Shown here one piece after another: positions 20,258 to 30,532 of a stretch of DNA of 64,000 nucleotides. The stretch's first letter is position 1. Every line of letters begins with the position of its first letter. A model generated the notes under the pieces. That model was not told where the DNA came from, did no database searches, and saw only the letters and a list, made by a program, of their open reading frames with translations. Location of the stretch: IMG/VR virus record IMGVR_UViG_3300037590_000079, positions 45,662 to 109,661 of that record; one strand, given 5' to 3'. The position numbers and the translations under genes are program-made. Origin of the DNA: a virus (taxonomy: Duplodnaviria; Caudoviricetes).

Positions 20258-20700
20258 GCATGAATACCATCAATATCAAGACCGTTCGCGTGGATGCACG
20301 GCTGCCGAAATACGCCACCGAAGGAGCAGCGGGTGCGGATGTTCACGCCTGCCTGCTCGAACCCGTGGTGATCCCTTCCGGGAAATGGCACCTGATCCCT
20401 ACGGGTCTTGTTGCGGACATTCCGCGCGATATCGAGATCCAGGTGCGCCCGCGCAGCGGCCTGGCCAACAAGTTCGGTGTCACGGTTCTGAACGCGCCCG
20501 GCACCATCGACAGCGACTATCGCGGCGAAATCATGGTGATGCTGATCAATCACGGCAAGAATGATTTTATGGTCACGCACGGGGACCGGATCGCGCAGTT
20601 GGTGGTGGCCCCGGCGCCCCAGACGGCTTTTGTCGCGACCGGCGGGTCCGTCAGTGCAACGGCGCGCGGCGCCGGCGGGTTCGGTTCCACGGGAGCTTGA
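20254..20700 (+). CDS. dut: Trimeric dUTPase
   Basis: AGADV, RPRSGLA, GTIDSDYRGEI, GDRIAQLV, RGAGGFGSTG. Confidence 0.97.
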   Translation: MSMNTINIKTVRVDARLPKYATEGAAGADVHACLLEPVVIPSGKWHLIPTGLVADIPRDIEIQVRPRSGLANKFGVTVLNAPGTIDSDYRGEIMVMLINHGKNDFMVTHGDRIAQLVVAPAPQTAFVATGGSVSATARGAGGFGSTGA

Positions 20701-20702
20701 TT

Positions 20703-21323
20703 ATGATCTACGGGCTGACAGGAGCGAGCGGCGTCGGCAAGAGCACCCTTGCCAATCTCGTCGCCGACTCGCTCGACATTACCTATCTCGTGACATCCGT
20801 CACCGAAAGCGCACGCCGGCATGGCTACGACCCGGTGCGTCCCATGACGCTCGACCAGCGGATAGACCTTCAGTTTCACCTGCTCGACGACCATGCCAAG
20901 ATGATCGACGTGACTCCTTCTCCGATGATCACGGACAGGACACCGATCGATTTCATCGGCTACATGATCGCGGAAATCGACATGCAGAGCCACGAGCGCC
21001 TGTCGAGCGAGAACATGACCCGCGTCAGCTCCTACGTGGAAAGCTGCCTTGCGCTGGCCTGCAAGCGCTACGATTTCCTCTTTCATCTTGCACCCCTGCC
21101 CTTCTACGAGCAGGCGGAAACACGCCCCGTCGAAAACGTCGCCTATCAGTGTCATGTCGATCTGGTTTTGCGCGGGGCGTTGCAAAGGCTGAACGGGCGG
21201 TGCCCGGCCGCGATCCTGAACACGACCGATCTGGATGAGCGGCAGGAATTCGTTCACAACACCATCGTTCAGCGGCTCGATTGTTTCGAGCGTCAGCGCA
21301 GAACCCATCGCAGGATTCACTGA
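20703..21323 (+). CDS. P-loop nucleoside/nucleotide kinase-like ATPase
   Basis: GASGVGKST; ITDRTPID. Confidence 0.8.
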   Translation: MIYGLTGASGVGKSTLANLVADSLDITYLVTSVTESARRHGYDPVRPMTLDQRIDLQFHLLDDHAKMIDVTPSPMITDRTPIDFIGYMIAEIDMQSHERLSSENMTRVSSYVESCLALACKRYDFLFHLAPLPFYEQAETRPVENVAYQCHVDLVLRGALQRLNGRCPAAILNTTDLDERQEFVHNTIVQRLDCFERQRRTHRRIH

Positions 21324-21401
21324 CCGCGAAATCCCGCGATCACCCCGCGATCGTTTCTGCTATAAAGTAAGTAAGCGCACACTAAAGAAAGGAACACGCT
21401 T

Positions 21402-21938
21402 ATGGCCTCCAAGGCACAGATGCTGGCCACGCTCCAGCGGATTATCGATTTCTCGGATCACGACTACCCGACCGATGGCGAGGCGCTCAAGGCTGTCGTC
21501 GAGATGGCGAGCGAGTGTCTCACCGAGAAGAAGGTCAATTCCTTCGACGAGAAGGTCAAGGAGCTGACCAAGTTCATCATGGCCGGGAACTTCAACCTGC
21601 TGTTCGAAAGCCACGAGGATATCGCGGCCAGCCTCAACAGCGCGGGCATCCTGTCGCCGTCCGGCAAGCAGTGGACCAGGACGAACGTGTCGAAGATCCT
21701 CAAGCCGGTGCGCGAGGCCGTGACCGAGCGCATGAACAGTGTCGCGGAGAATCCGGAGGCCGAACAGCCGGATCCTGCCGAGCCCACCACGCGCACCGAG
21801 GCGAAGCGGCGCAACGTCGCCGATGAAGGGATCGAGATGGGCGAGGTGGAGCCGGGCGAGATCGGCGGTGCCGGCGGTGAAGATGCCGACGATGAAGTCG
21901 GTGATCTCGAAGCCCTCGACGATCTCGAAGCCATCTGA
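21402..21938 (+). CDS. Putative DNA-binding protein with a recombinase-type HTH and acidic tail
   Basis: IAASLNSAGILSPSGKQWTRTNVSKIL. Confidence 0.55.
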   Translation: MASKAQMLATLQRIIDFSDHDYPTDGEALKAVVEMASECLTEKKVNSFDEKVKELTKFIMAGNFNLLFESHEDIAASLNSAGILSPSGKQWTRTNVSKILKPVREAVTERMNSVAENPEAEQPDPAEPTTRTEAKRRNVADEGIEMGEVEPGEIGGAGGEDADDEVGDLEALDDLEAI

Positions 21939-21994
21939 AGGTCTCGATCGACGGGAAGGGGTGTCACGCCCCTTCCCAAGCCCAGGAGGAATTC

Positions 21995-22609
21995 ATGGCT
22001 GAACGCATCAAGGACGCGGACGTCTGCATCTATCTTGCGAACGGAGGCGTCTACTACCCGCTCAACCCCAGGATGGCGGATGTCAGCATCCATGCCATCG
22101 CGCACATGCTCGCGACCAAGGCGCGCTGGAACGGGGCCACGCAGCACAAGCACTATCCGGAGCGGATGCTCTACTCCGTGGCAGAGCACTCCATCTACGT
22201 CTCGGAATACGTCGAGAAGGAGCTCAAGCGCCCCGAGCTGGCGCTGGCCGCTCTGCTGCACGACGCGACCGAGCACGTCACCGGCGACATCCTGAGTGTT
22301 CTCAAGAAGAGCCAGACGCTTGCGCCCGTGATCGAGCCCATCGAGAGCGAGAACAACGCCGTCATTGCCGCCGTTTTCGGCGTCAATACCCTGATGAACA
22401 AGGCCATCGAAATCGCGGATATGGCCGTGGCACGCGCGGAATACGAGCAGATCGTGATCAAGCCTGTCGGCGGCAAGATGAACGATCCGCGGCACGCAGA
22501 GCCGGTCAAGGCGGCCAGGGTCGATATCCAGATGCTCTCGCCCTACGAGGCGAAGGCGCTGTTCATCAGGCGCTTCAACAAGGTCATGAAGGCGAAGAGG
22601 GCGGCATGA
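21995..22609 (+). CDS. HD-domain hydrolase (YfbR-like 5'-deoxynucleotidase)
   Basis: YSVAEHS, ALLHDATE..GD, ...AD. Confidence 0.88.
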   Translation: MAERIKDADVCIYLANGGVYYPLNPRMADVSIHAIAHMLATKARWNGATQHKHYPERMLYSVAEHSIYVSEYVEKELKRPELALAALLHDATEHVTGDILSVLKKSQTLAPVIEPIESENNAVIAAVFGVNTLMNKAIEIADMAVARAEYEQIVIKPVGGKMNDPRHAEPVKAARVDIQMLSPYEAKALFIRRFNKVMKAKRAA

Positions 22610-22833
22610 CGGGGTTCGATCCTTCCGGGGAATGGCCTACGCATCGCGCCGAGCTGAGCCGCAAATCGACCAGTGTTCTCGAACACTGGTCGAACGCGTA
22701 TGACAAGGGAAAGATCTCCAAGAGGGAATTCTACATCCTCGTGACCGTGCTTTACGACACGACATCCGGGCTCGTCGAGAAGGACATCTCCGACCTGCTC
22801 GCTGAAATCCACAAGGATCTGCGCAGGAAGTGA
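22606..22833 (+). CDS. Hypothetical protein
   Basis: ATGA overlap; GAGG RBS. Confidence 0.65.
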   Translation: MTGFDPSGEWPTHRAELSRKSTSVLEHWSNAYDKGKISKREFYILVTVLYDTTSGLVEKDISDLLAEIHKDLRRK

Positions 22834-22941
22834 TCGTGTCCTTCGGCACATCCCTGCCGCTCGCATCCTGCACTAACCTGCCGATATCCGCGTCACGATC
22901 TGCTATAAGTAAGTAAGAAATGACGTAAAGAAGGGGAAGTC

Positions 22942-25395
22942 ATGAAGGTCTCGCAAATTCAGGATTACGACACGCACGCAATCGTCGGCGGCGGGCTCGC
23001 GCAGTCCTTTCGCATGGCCGAGACGGCGGAGTTTTTCACTGTTCTGTCCGACACGCTCTACACCAACAAGAAGCGCGCCATGATCCGCGAGATCGTGTGC
23101 AATGCCTGGGACGCCCATCTCATGCTCGGCAAGGCGGATGTTCCCATCGAGATCGAGGTCGGCGAGGCCGAGGTTGTCGTGCGCGATTACGGCCCTGGGA
23201 TTCCGCACGACAAGATCGTGGATGTCTACTGCGTCTACGGCGCATCGACCAAGGTTCATGACGACGAGCAGACCGGCGGTTTCGGGCTCGGCTCGAAGGC
23301 GCCTTTCGCCTACAGCGATCACTTCACCGTCGAAAACTGCCACGCCGGCCTGCGCACCGTTTACGCGATCTCGCGCGGAAGCTCGGAGACGGAAGGTCGG
23401 CCCGATATTCGCGAGATGGTCTCGGTTCCCACGGACAAGACCGGCGTGACCGTGACCGTTCCGGTGCAGAAAAAGTCGGATGCGTGGGAGTTCACCCGGA
23501 TCACGAAGAACGTGATCCGGCAGGGCGGAATGCGCGCCTTGATCAACTCGGAAGAATTCGTGGGGCTGGACTACAAGAGCGTGCGCGAAAAGGGATTCGG
23601 CTATATGACCGAACAGACCGCATACGAGATCGGCCTGACGGAGGCGAATGTCTACTGTCTTTACGGCACGGTGCTTTACCCGGTCTCGGCCTCCGACGAC
23701 CGGATCAACGAACTGATCTCGGATATCGATATGGAGATCAATCCTGACACGCGTTATAGGGGTCACTCTGTCAAGGCCGTGACGATCTTGTCGGCGCGGC
23801 CTCACAGTGTCGGTGTCACTCCTTCGCGCGAAGCGCTCTCCTACACGGACAGAACCGTTAATACGCTGAAAAGGCTTCTGAAAAAGGCTATCTTCGAGAT
23901 CAGGGCCGCAAAGAGAATGGCGGAAGACGCCGTTCGGGAAAAGTATCTTTCGGGCGAGGATTTCAGCAAAAAGCCGTGGCGTCTCAATCCTGATCGGGGA
24001 AATCATGGTCTGAAAGAGGTCATTCGCGAGTGCAGAAAGGATCACGGGCTTTGGTTCACCGAAACCGATGCCATGAACCGGTCGCCCGAAATCCTGACGG
24101 ATCAGATGGATATCGGAACGAGCGTTATGCTCAGGAAGGACGGCTTCTCGATCCTGTCCCTCAATGATCGCAGCCTTTTCTTCAAGCAGATTTCCAGGTT
24201 TGCGCCGCATCGCAAGCGGGCAGCCAGGATCTTCATGGCGAAGCGCTCTCGTCCCTTCTTCCGTTCGGACCCCTGGCGGCAGGCCCTGCTGCGCGAGGAA
24301 AAGCGGAAGATGGCTCGTATCACCCGTGATCTTGTCGATTTGCAGAAGGTCGCAATTCTTCGGCATGAACGCGGGCACGAAGCCGCGAAAAGCGTGCTTA
24401 TCAAGCGCGCGAGCGACGAGCCGGTCAGTCCCGTGATCGTGATCTCCGAAAAGAGATTTCAGGCGGAGGAGTTCATCAAGCAAAGGGACGAACTCGGTCA
24501 GGATACCGTTCTCGGCTCTCCTGATTACTCCCGTGAAATCTGGTTTTTCAGCGTTCTGATGAACCCGGATGACCAGGCTGCTATGAAAAAGATCCGCGAG
24601 CGCGCGGAGAAATTCGGCTATAGCGTTCATGTTGTGGAAAAGGTGAAAAACAGTCGGCCCTCCAAACCGAAGCGGACCGAAAAAGCCTATCCCACCTTCC
24701 TTCACCTGAATGACTATTGCAGTAATCGGAATCTTCCGAAAGCGGAACTTAGCGAAAAGGATGTGACGCACTACATTTACGAGCCGCTCGGTATGCAGGC
24801 CGTTTCGACCTGGGGAGACATTTCCCTTTTCAAGGACCATCTGAGAAAAGCATACGGCACGAATATCGCCCTTGTCACCAGGGAGAGCGACAGGAAAAGG
24901 ATCGAAAAGACGGTCGCGGTCGATCTCGTCGCCGTTCTGCGCGATCAATTTCTCGGAGCCATGAAGCACAAGGACTTCGCGCTTGCCTGGGCCATCATGA
25001 CGGAATACGCGTTCGATGAATGCGATTCGAGGTTCTCCAATCATTCGAGTTCGGTTCAGGGGTATATAACACTCAAGATCGCCAATAAAGAACCCGCTTA
25101 TATCCCCGATATCTTCAAGCGGCATGTCGTGAACAGGAACAGGCTTCTGGAGTATCTGCGTCTTGCGCGTCTTTTCGAGGAAACTCCGAGATCGCTGAAA
25201 AACTCCATGAAAATCGAGCCGAATATGGCCGAGTTCCGGGATAAAAGGAGTTCGGTTATCGAGAAAATCGGCAAGGACGAGAGGATGAAAAAGATCAGCC
25301 TCTACCTCTCGCTCTGCAAGTCCTCATACCACATGAGCGAAAACCACATCCGCGCAATCGCGAAGATCGCGGTCAACATCGACAAGGTCTTGTAA
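22942..25395 (+). CDS. rIIA: rIIA-like protein (N-terminal GHKL domain)
   Basis: LSDTLY...IREIVCNAWDAH, VRDYGPGI, YGASTK, GGFGLGSKAPFAY, VTPSREALSY; directly upstream of an rIIB-like gene. Confidence 0.85.
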   Translation: MKVSQIQDYDTHAIVGGGLAQSFRMAETAEFFTVLSDTLYTNKKRAMIREIVCNAWDAHLMLGKADVPIEIEVGEAEVVVRDYGPGIPHDKIVDVYCVYGASTKVHDDEQTGGFGLGSKAPFAYSDHFTVENCHAGLRTVYAISRGSSETEGRPDIREMVSVPTDKTGVTVTVPVQKKSDAWEFTRITKNVIRQGGMRALINSEEFVGLDYKSVREKGFGYMTEQTAYEIGLTEANVYCLYGTVLYPVSASDDRINELISDIDMEINPDTRYRGHSVKAVTILSARPHSVGVTPSREALSYTDRTVNTLKRLLKKAIFEIRAAKRMAEDAVREKYLSGEDFSKKPWRLNPDRGNHGLKEVIRECRKDHGLWFTETDAMNRSPEILTDQMDIGTSVMLRKDGFSILSLNDRSLFFKQISRFAPHRKRAARIFMAKRSRPFFRSDPWRQALLREEKRKMARITRDLVDLQKVAILRHERGHEAAKSVLIKRASDEPVSPVIVISEKRFQAEEFIKQRDELGQDTVLGSPDYSREIWFFSVLMNPDDQAAMKKIRERAEKFGYSVHVVEKVKNSRPSKPKRTEKAYPTFLHLNDYCSNRNLPKAELSEKDVTHYIYEPLGMQAVSTWGDISLFKDHLRKAYGTNIALVTRESDRKRIEKTVAVDLVAVLRDQFLGAMKHKDFALAWAIMTEYAFDECDSRFSNHSSSVQGYITLKIANKEPAYIPDIFKRHVVNRNRLLEYLRLARLFEETPRSLKNSMKIEPNMAEFRDKRSSVIEKIGKDERMKKISLYLSLCKSSYHMSENHIRAIAKIAVNIDKVL

Positions 25396-25407
25396 GGAGG
25401 AAGTGAA

Positions 25408-26748
25408 ATGAAAAAGGTGAAGGTGAAATCGGCAATCGCTGGCAGGGCTGGCGTGACGCTCTATCTCGAAAACGGAGATCAGATGAACCTGCCCGCCAAT
25501 TCCTGGCGGACGGCGGAGATCATGAACAAGGTCTCCGCGCCCCTGGCGCGGGGTGAAATCGTCTCCATCGATATCGAGTCCTATTCGGCGCACAAGATCG
25601 TCGAGGAGCAGTCCGGCGGGCTGATCCGCTTCGTCAAGCGCAAGCTGCGCTCCATTCTCGGCAGTAGCGCGAACGAAACGGCCGAGGAGAAGGTCATGGC
25701 CTACGTCAACGGCCGGGAGCTGCATGGCATCGAGAACATCGAGCGCCATATCGAGGCCGCTGTGCGCAGCGGCAATACCGAGAACGTGCGGAACTTCATC
25801 GCGCGGATGAGCAAGGTCGCGGAAAAGCGCGGCCACAGCGTCCAGGATGCGCTCGAATTCATGCGCCACGCGGATCTGCCGATCGCCCAGGACGGCTCGA
25901 TCATCGCCTACAAGATGCTCCGGAAGAGATACTCCGACGGAAAATCTTTCTTCGTGGACTGCCACACCGGCCGGGTTGCTCAGCGTGTCGGCTCGAAGGT
26001 GCAGATGGCGGACAACATGGTCGATCCCGACCGCAGGAAAGAGTGCTCGAACGGGCTGCATATCGCGCGGCGCAGCTATCTGAGAGGATTCGGCGGTGAC
26101 GCGATTGTGCTGGTTAAGATCGAGCCGGAAGATGTGATCGCTGTGCCCGAATACGACAACAGCAAGATGCGCGTCTGCGCCTATCACATCATCGCCGACG
26201 TGACCGATCTGGCCTTCTCCACGCTCAAGAGCAACAAGCCCATGACCGAAGAGCCGAGCCTTGCGAAACTGCTTGGTGAAGTGCTGGCGGGCAAGCACGC
26301 GCCGGTGAGCGAATTCGTCACGATCCGGGGGCAGAACGGAACCGATATCGAGGTCACGAGCGCCAATCCTGAATCCCGGAGCGCGCAGAAGGACGTGAAA
26401 GCGAAACCCGTCTATGCGCTCGACGACGAGCAGAACAATGGGCCGTCCTACGATATCAAGGAGCTGCGCGAAAAAACGGAGAAGGAGCGCGCGAAGGCGA
26501 AGGCCGAGAGCGAGAAGAAGCCCGATCCGGCCGATCCCGAGCCCGAGAAGAAGGCTCCGGAGAAGCGCGCAAAGGCGAAGGACGAGAGCGAGAAGAAGGC
26601 TACGAAGGAGCAGCCTCGCAAGAAGGTGCCCAAGAACATGCGCGATGCCATCGATTTCGTGCGGAGCGGCGGGTCGAAGCGCGAGGCCGAGAAGCGCTTC
26701 AAGGTGTGTCGCAAGACGCTCACGCGGCGCATGAACGAAGGCTATTGA
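25408..26748 (+). CDS. rIIB: rIIB-like protein
   Basis: DLPIAQDGSIIAYK, DCHTG, CSNGLH, VKIEPEDVIAVP.Y..SKMRVCAY; C-terminal HTH-like end. Confidence 0.88.
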   Translation: MKKVKVKSAIAGRAGVTLYLENGDQMNLPANSWRTAEIMNKVSAPLARGEIVSIDIESYSAHKIVEEQSGGLIRFVKRKLRSILGSSANETAEEKVMAYVNGRELHGIENIERHIEAAVRSGNTENVRNFIARMSKVAEKRGHSVQDALEFMRHADLPIAQDGSIIAYKMLRKRYSDGKSFFVDCHTGRVAQRVGSKVQMADNMVDPDRRKECSNGLHIARRSYLRGFGGDAIVLVKIEPEDVIAVPEYDNSKMRVCAYHIIADVTDLAFSTLKSNKPMTEEPSLAKLLGEVLAGKHAPVSEFVTIRGQNGTDIEVTSANPESRSAQKDVKAKPVYALDDEQNNGPSYDIKELREKTEKERAKAKAESEKKPDPADPEPEKKAPEKRAKAKDESEKKATKEQPRKKVPKNMRDAIDFVRSGGSKREAEKRFKVCRKTLTRRMNEGY

Positions 26749-26824
26749 TCTGCGCGGTGAAGTAAGTAACCATTGACTGTGCCCGGTAGCATGCCGGGCA
26801 CAGTCGCATCGCGAAAGGATCGAT

Positions 26825-27361
26825 ATGGGAAAGTTCCCGAAGGACAAGTGGATCGTGAGCGCGCTCAAGCGCGGCTACCTGGTCGCTCGCAAGGACGGAT
26901 CGATCTATCGCGCCAAGTCGGCAACGAAAGAAGGCGTGGTCAACAAGGAGAAGGGCTACCAGCTCGTCAAGTATCGCACCCATCCACCGACCGGCCGGGT
27001 CTATTTCAACATGACCTGGCGCGGCTTCAAGAAGTCCGTTCTGGTCAACAGGGTGATCGCGCTGCGCTTTCTGCCCAACCCGGAAAACCTGCCGCAGGTC
27101 AATCACAAGAACGGTGACAAGGCCAATAACGCGCTCGACAACCTCGAATGGTCGTCCGGGTCCGACAACGAGAAGCACGCGCACCGCACAGGGCTCAAGA
27201 GCGGCCGCGGGAGCGCCAACAGCAACGCCAAGCTGACTGTCACCGACGTTTACGCGATACGCGCCTCAGACGAGCCTGTGAGCGCTCTGGCGGCCCGCTA
27301 CGGTGTCAGTCGCTCGACCATTATCAACGTCAGAACAGGAAAGACCTGGAGCCATGTATAG
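26825..27361 (+). CDS. HNH homing-type endonuclease with C-terminal HTH
   Basis: FLPNPENLPQVNHKNGDKANNALDNLEW; NAKLT..DV..IR; LAARYGVSRSTI. Confidence 0.9.
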   Translation: MGKFPKDKWIVSALKRGYLVARKDGSIYRAKSATKEGVVNKEKGYQLVKYRTHPPTGRVYFNMTWRGFKKSVLVNRVIALRFLPNPENLPQVNHKNGDKANNALDNLEWSSGSDNEKHAHRTGLKSGRGSANSNAKLTVTDVYAIRASDEPVSALAARYGVSRSTIINVRTGKTWSHV

Positions 27362-27524
27362 AGCCATTCTGAAACTCTTGTTCAATTCCCGCCTGAGCCT
27401 TTTCGACATGACGATTCTGCTCGTCCTTCCCCATGTCGTGATGGCTTATGACAACTACTGGCTTTTCGCACTCTACATTCCCGCGGCGATATTCTCGGCT
27501 TATGTCGCGAACAAGATCCCGTGA
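27354..27524 (+). CDS. Small membrane protein
   Basis: Two hydrophobic segments; overlaps the HNH stop. Confidence 0.5.
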   Translation: MYRAILKLLFNSRLSLFDMTILLVLPHVVMAYDNYWLFALYIPAAIFSAYVANKIP

Positions 27525-27575
27525 CGGCCCCGTTCGCTGCGCGCTATAAGTAAGTCAGCACATACGGAGGCAGAC

Positions 27576-28142
27576 ATGAACGGCATGATCATCGCCGGGT
27601 TCGATCTCGAAACGACAGGGCTGCTCTCGCCCGATCACCGCATCGTGGAGATCTACCTCGATCTCTGGCGCGACGGAAAGCGGATCTGGAAGTTCGAGCA
27701 ACGGATCAATCCGCAGAGGGCGATTGCCGCGGATGCGCAGCGCGTTCACGGGATCACCAACGCCGACCTGATCGGCAAGCCGACCTTCGAGCAGGTGGCA
27801 CCCGTTATCTCGAAAGCGCTGCGCAAGGCGCATGTCGTGGTCGCGCATAACGGCGAGGAATTCGACTGGCCGTTCCTTGAGCAGGAGATGAAGCGCGCCG
27901 CGATCGCCCTGCCGCGCGTCCCGCTTTTCGACACCATGAAACGCGGCATCTGGGCGACCCCGCACGGCAAGAACCCGAGCCTCATGGAGCTGTGTTTCGC
28001 CTGCGGCGTGGAATACGACCCGGCCAAGGCGCACGCCGCGAGTTATGACGTCGAGGTCATGATCGAATGCCTGCGCAAGGGCATCGAGTGGAATTTCTTC
28101 GATCTCACCGATTGCACGGAAGGGAATAACGTCGCCGCGTGA
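27576..28142 (+). CDS. DEDDh 3'-5' exonuclease (DnaQ/epsilon-like)
   Basis: FDLETTGL, VHGIT, VAHN..FD, DTM, AHAASYDV. Confidence 0.93.
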   Translation: MNGMIIAGFDLETTGLLSPDHRIVEIYLDLWRDGKRIWKFEQRINPQRAIAADAQRVHGITNADLIGKPTFEQVAPVISKALRKAHVVVAHNGEEFDWPFLEQEMKRAAIALPRVPLFDTMKRGIWATPHGKNPSLMELCFACGVEYDPAKAHAASYDVEVMIECLRKGIEWNFFDLTDCTEGNNVAA

Positions 28143-28242
28143 CGTGCCGCGACAACCCAGCCGATTTCCTTAAATCTTTGATGTATAAAGAAAATACAAG
28201 ACAAAGCGACAAGGCAGATAAATAGCAGAAGGAGTAATCGCT

Positions 28243-29058
28243 ATGCCCGAACACACCCAGGAAGCGCAAGATCAGGATATCGACACCGCGCTCGCCGATC
28301 TCGACAGCATGGGCGACGTCCGTGACGACGAGATCGAGGAGATCGACGCCGCCGCGATCGAGGAGATCGAAGAGGTCGAGGAGGAGCAGAACGACTCCGA
28401 AGAAACCCAGGAGGCCGGTGCCGACGACGATGCCGACGACGATGCCGACGAGACCCAGGAGGCCGGCACGGACGACACGGTCAGCGACGAGGATCTTGCC
28501 GATCTGGAGATGCAGATCGACAAGGAGGAGGCTTACGCGAGCCAGACCAGCGCCGACATCGACACCGAGCCCCAGGGCACGGTCGCGAAGAAGCCGAAGA
28601 AGGCAGCCGGTGGCGGCGGCACGCGCGCGTCGGTCGATATCGACTCCCTCGACGCCAAGCACTTCGTCCTCAAGGGCGATCCGGCCTCGATGGACCAGAC
28701 GCAGATCGACCAGGCGAAGGCCGACGTGCTCAAGTCGAAGCCCGCGCAGAAGAAGGTCGCGGAGAAATTCGTCAACACGTTCCAGTCGATGGCCGCAGGC
28801 AAGGCGCCCTCGAAATATGTCGTGCAGGCGATGGAGCACCTGGACGCGGCCGGTGGCACGACCGACACGGCGGCGCTTGTCGCGGCCTTCAAGGCGTCCG
28901 GCCTCGGTGATGGCACCGCGCGCTCGCAGACCGGCCAGATCATGGTGCTCTTCCCGGTGCTCGGCATCGCGAAGCGCTCGGGCAAGACCCTGACCGCCTG
29001 CGACGACAGCAACGTCGCCGCCTACGTGCGCACCTTCTTCAAGACGCCGGCCAGCTGA
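28243..29058 (+). CDS. Hypothetical protein with a very acidic N-terminus and a folded C-terminal domain
   Basis: AAGGAG RBS; first ~105 aa dominated by D/E. Confidence 0.8.
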   Translation: MPEHTQEAQDQDIDTALADLDSMGDVRDDEIEEIDAAAIEEIEEVEEEQNDSEETQEAGADDDADDDADETQEAGTDDTVSDEDLADLEMQIDKEEAYASQTSADIDTEPQGTVAKKPKKAAGGGGTRASVDIDSLDAKHFVLKGDPASMDQTQIDQAKADVLKSKPAQKKVAEKFVNTFQSMAAGKAPSKYVVQAMEHLDAAGGTTDTAALVAAFKASGLGDGTARSQTGQIMVLFPVLGIAKRSGKTLTACDDSNVAAYVRTFFKTPAS

Positions 29059-29389
29059 ACGAGGATCGTCGGCGCGTCCCTGCCTCGACGCGCCGACGGA
29101 ACTGCGCGCTGCCGGTCTTTCAAGTTCCGCCGGCAGCGCGCCTTTTGAAAGGCTTCGAAGATGATGATCCTGTTTCTGATCATGGTGCTGGGCGTGCCGC
29201 CGCCTGTCCCGATGATCATCCGGAATCCCCGGCCCGGCGCAAGATACAAGGTGCCTTGGCGGGGTTATGCCGACACGACACAGATGCGCGCCGACGCGAT
29301 CCGTCGAGTTGAGGTCTTGATATGGATCGAGCGCAAAACGTGAAAGGGCCAGGTGTGTCGGCGCCTGGCCCGTATTTCAGGACACAAGC

Positions 29390-29770
29390 ATGGAAAATCG
29401 CGAACATCGTATCGAGAACCTGACGAAAATCGGCAGCGTGGCTTTCGACCTGGGCGCACCGCTCGAAAAGGCGGAGCAGATCCATCAGGCCATCGCCTAT
29501 GTCGAGAACAAGGAGGGCCTGACGCCTTGGCAGCTGCGTGTGCTGGACGAGGCACGCGCCGATCTCAACGAGGCTCTGGCCGAGACCGGCATCCAGCTGG
29601 GCGAGCGCGAGCTGGCCGCTGTGCTGGCGGGCCTGCGGCTTGTCCAGGCGGAAATGGGGCGCGGAGAGTTCCTGCCCCAGGGCGTGCATTCCATCTTCGA
29701 CGACGACGGCACGATCACCCCGCTCGACACGGACGAGATCGACGCCCTCTGCGAGCGCATCAACGGCTGA
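29390..29770 (+). CDS. Hypothetical protein
   Basis: AGGA RBS; typical codon usage. Confidence 0.7.
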   Translation: MENREHRIENLTKIGSVAFDLGAPLEKAEQIHQAIAYVENKEGLTPWQLRVLDEARADLNEALAETGIQLGERELAAVLAGLRLVQAEMGRGEFLPQGVHSIFDDDGTITPLDTDEIDALCERING

Positions 29771-29782
29771 AAGGAGATCGTC

Positions 29783-30142
29783 ATGCCGGTATACGAGGTC
29801 GAGGTCGCGCGCACCGACCATTTCAGTGTCACCGTCGAGGCGGATGACGAGTCCCAGGCGCGCGACATGGCGTGCGAGACGCTCGCCCATATGGAAGATC
29901 CGGTGAATTCCGATCTTTTCTCGCACTGCGACGGGTTCGAAAGCTGCGGCTGCGAGCTGGTGAACGAAATGACGCTGGATGACGCCAAGGATGCCTGGCG
30001 GGCCGGGAAGTCGAAGCGGACGGCGGCCGCCTACATGACGGCGCTCATGGAATACGAGAACGAGGGCATGATCGGCGACGAGACCTTTCGCAACGGGCTC
30101 GCCGAGATCATGAACTGGATGGAGAAGGAAACGTCCGGATGA
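29783..30142 (+). CDS. Hypothetical protein
   Basis: AAGGAG RBS; VTVEADDESQA motif common in small phage proteins. Confidence 0.7.
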   Translation: MPVYEVEVARTDHFSVTVEADDESQARDMACETLAHMEDPVNSDLFSHCDGFESCGCELVNEMTLDDAKDAWRAGKSKRTAAAYMTALMEYENEGMIGDETFRNGLAEIMNWMEKETSG

Positions 30143-30435
30143 CAAGAACGCGCGAGGAGAACGCCGCCGATCTGGCGGCCGAGGAGCAGGCGGAGAACGA
30201 GCTTGTTACGCGGGCGGCGCCCTACTGGGCGTGGCAGATCATCGACGACCTGCTGATGCGCGCAGAGACCGATCTGGATCACGAGGGTGATCTGATCGTG
30301 CCCGGCTCGGAAGGACCGGATGACGAAGTCTTGGCTCTGCGTGCCGCCAATATCGCGATGATCCGCGCCACCGAGACCGAGGATCAGCCGATCTCGCGCC
30401 GCGAAATCGACGCCCTGCTGCGCCAGTCCGGTTGA
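30139..30435 (+). CDS. Hypothetical protein
   Basis: ATGA overlap. Confidence 0.65.
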   Translation: MTRTREENAADLAAEEQAENELVTRAAPYWAWQIIDDLLMRAETDLDHEGDLIVPGSEGPDDEVLALRAANIAMIRATETEDQPISRREIDALLRQSG

Positions 30436-30532
30436 TCACCACGACCATCAGAATGCTATACGTTGCACAATACATCCTTTTTGCGACATGCTAACGTGTA
30501 GCAGATGCAGAGAAAGACAGAAGGAGACACTA

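Noticed and set aside
26480-26600. Duplicated AKAK.ESEKK segment in rIIB as a functional repeat element
   Set aside because: It is a short in-frame duplication in a low-complexity charged linker, which is unremarkable.
29161-29343. 60-aa hydrophobic ORF
   Set aside because: No clear RBS and atypical composition; not enough support to call a gene.
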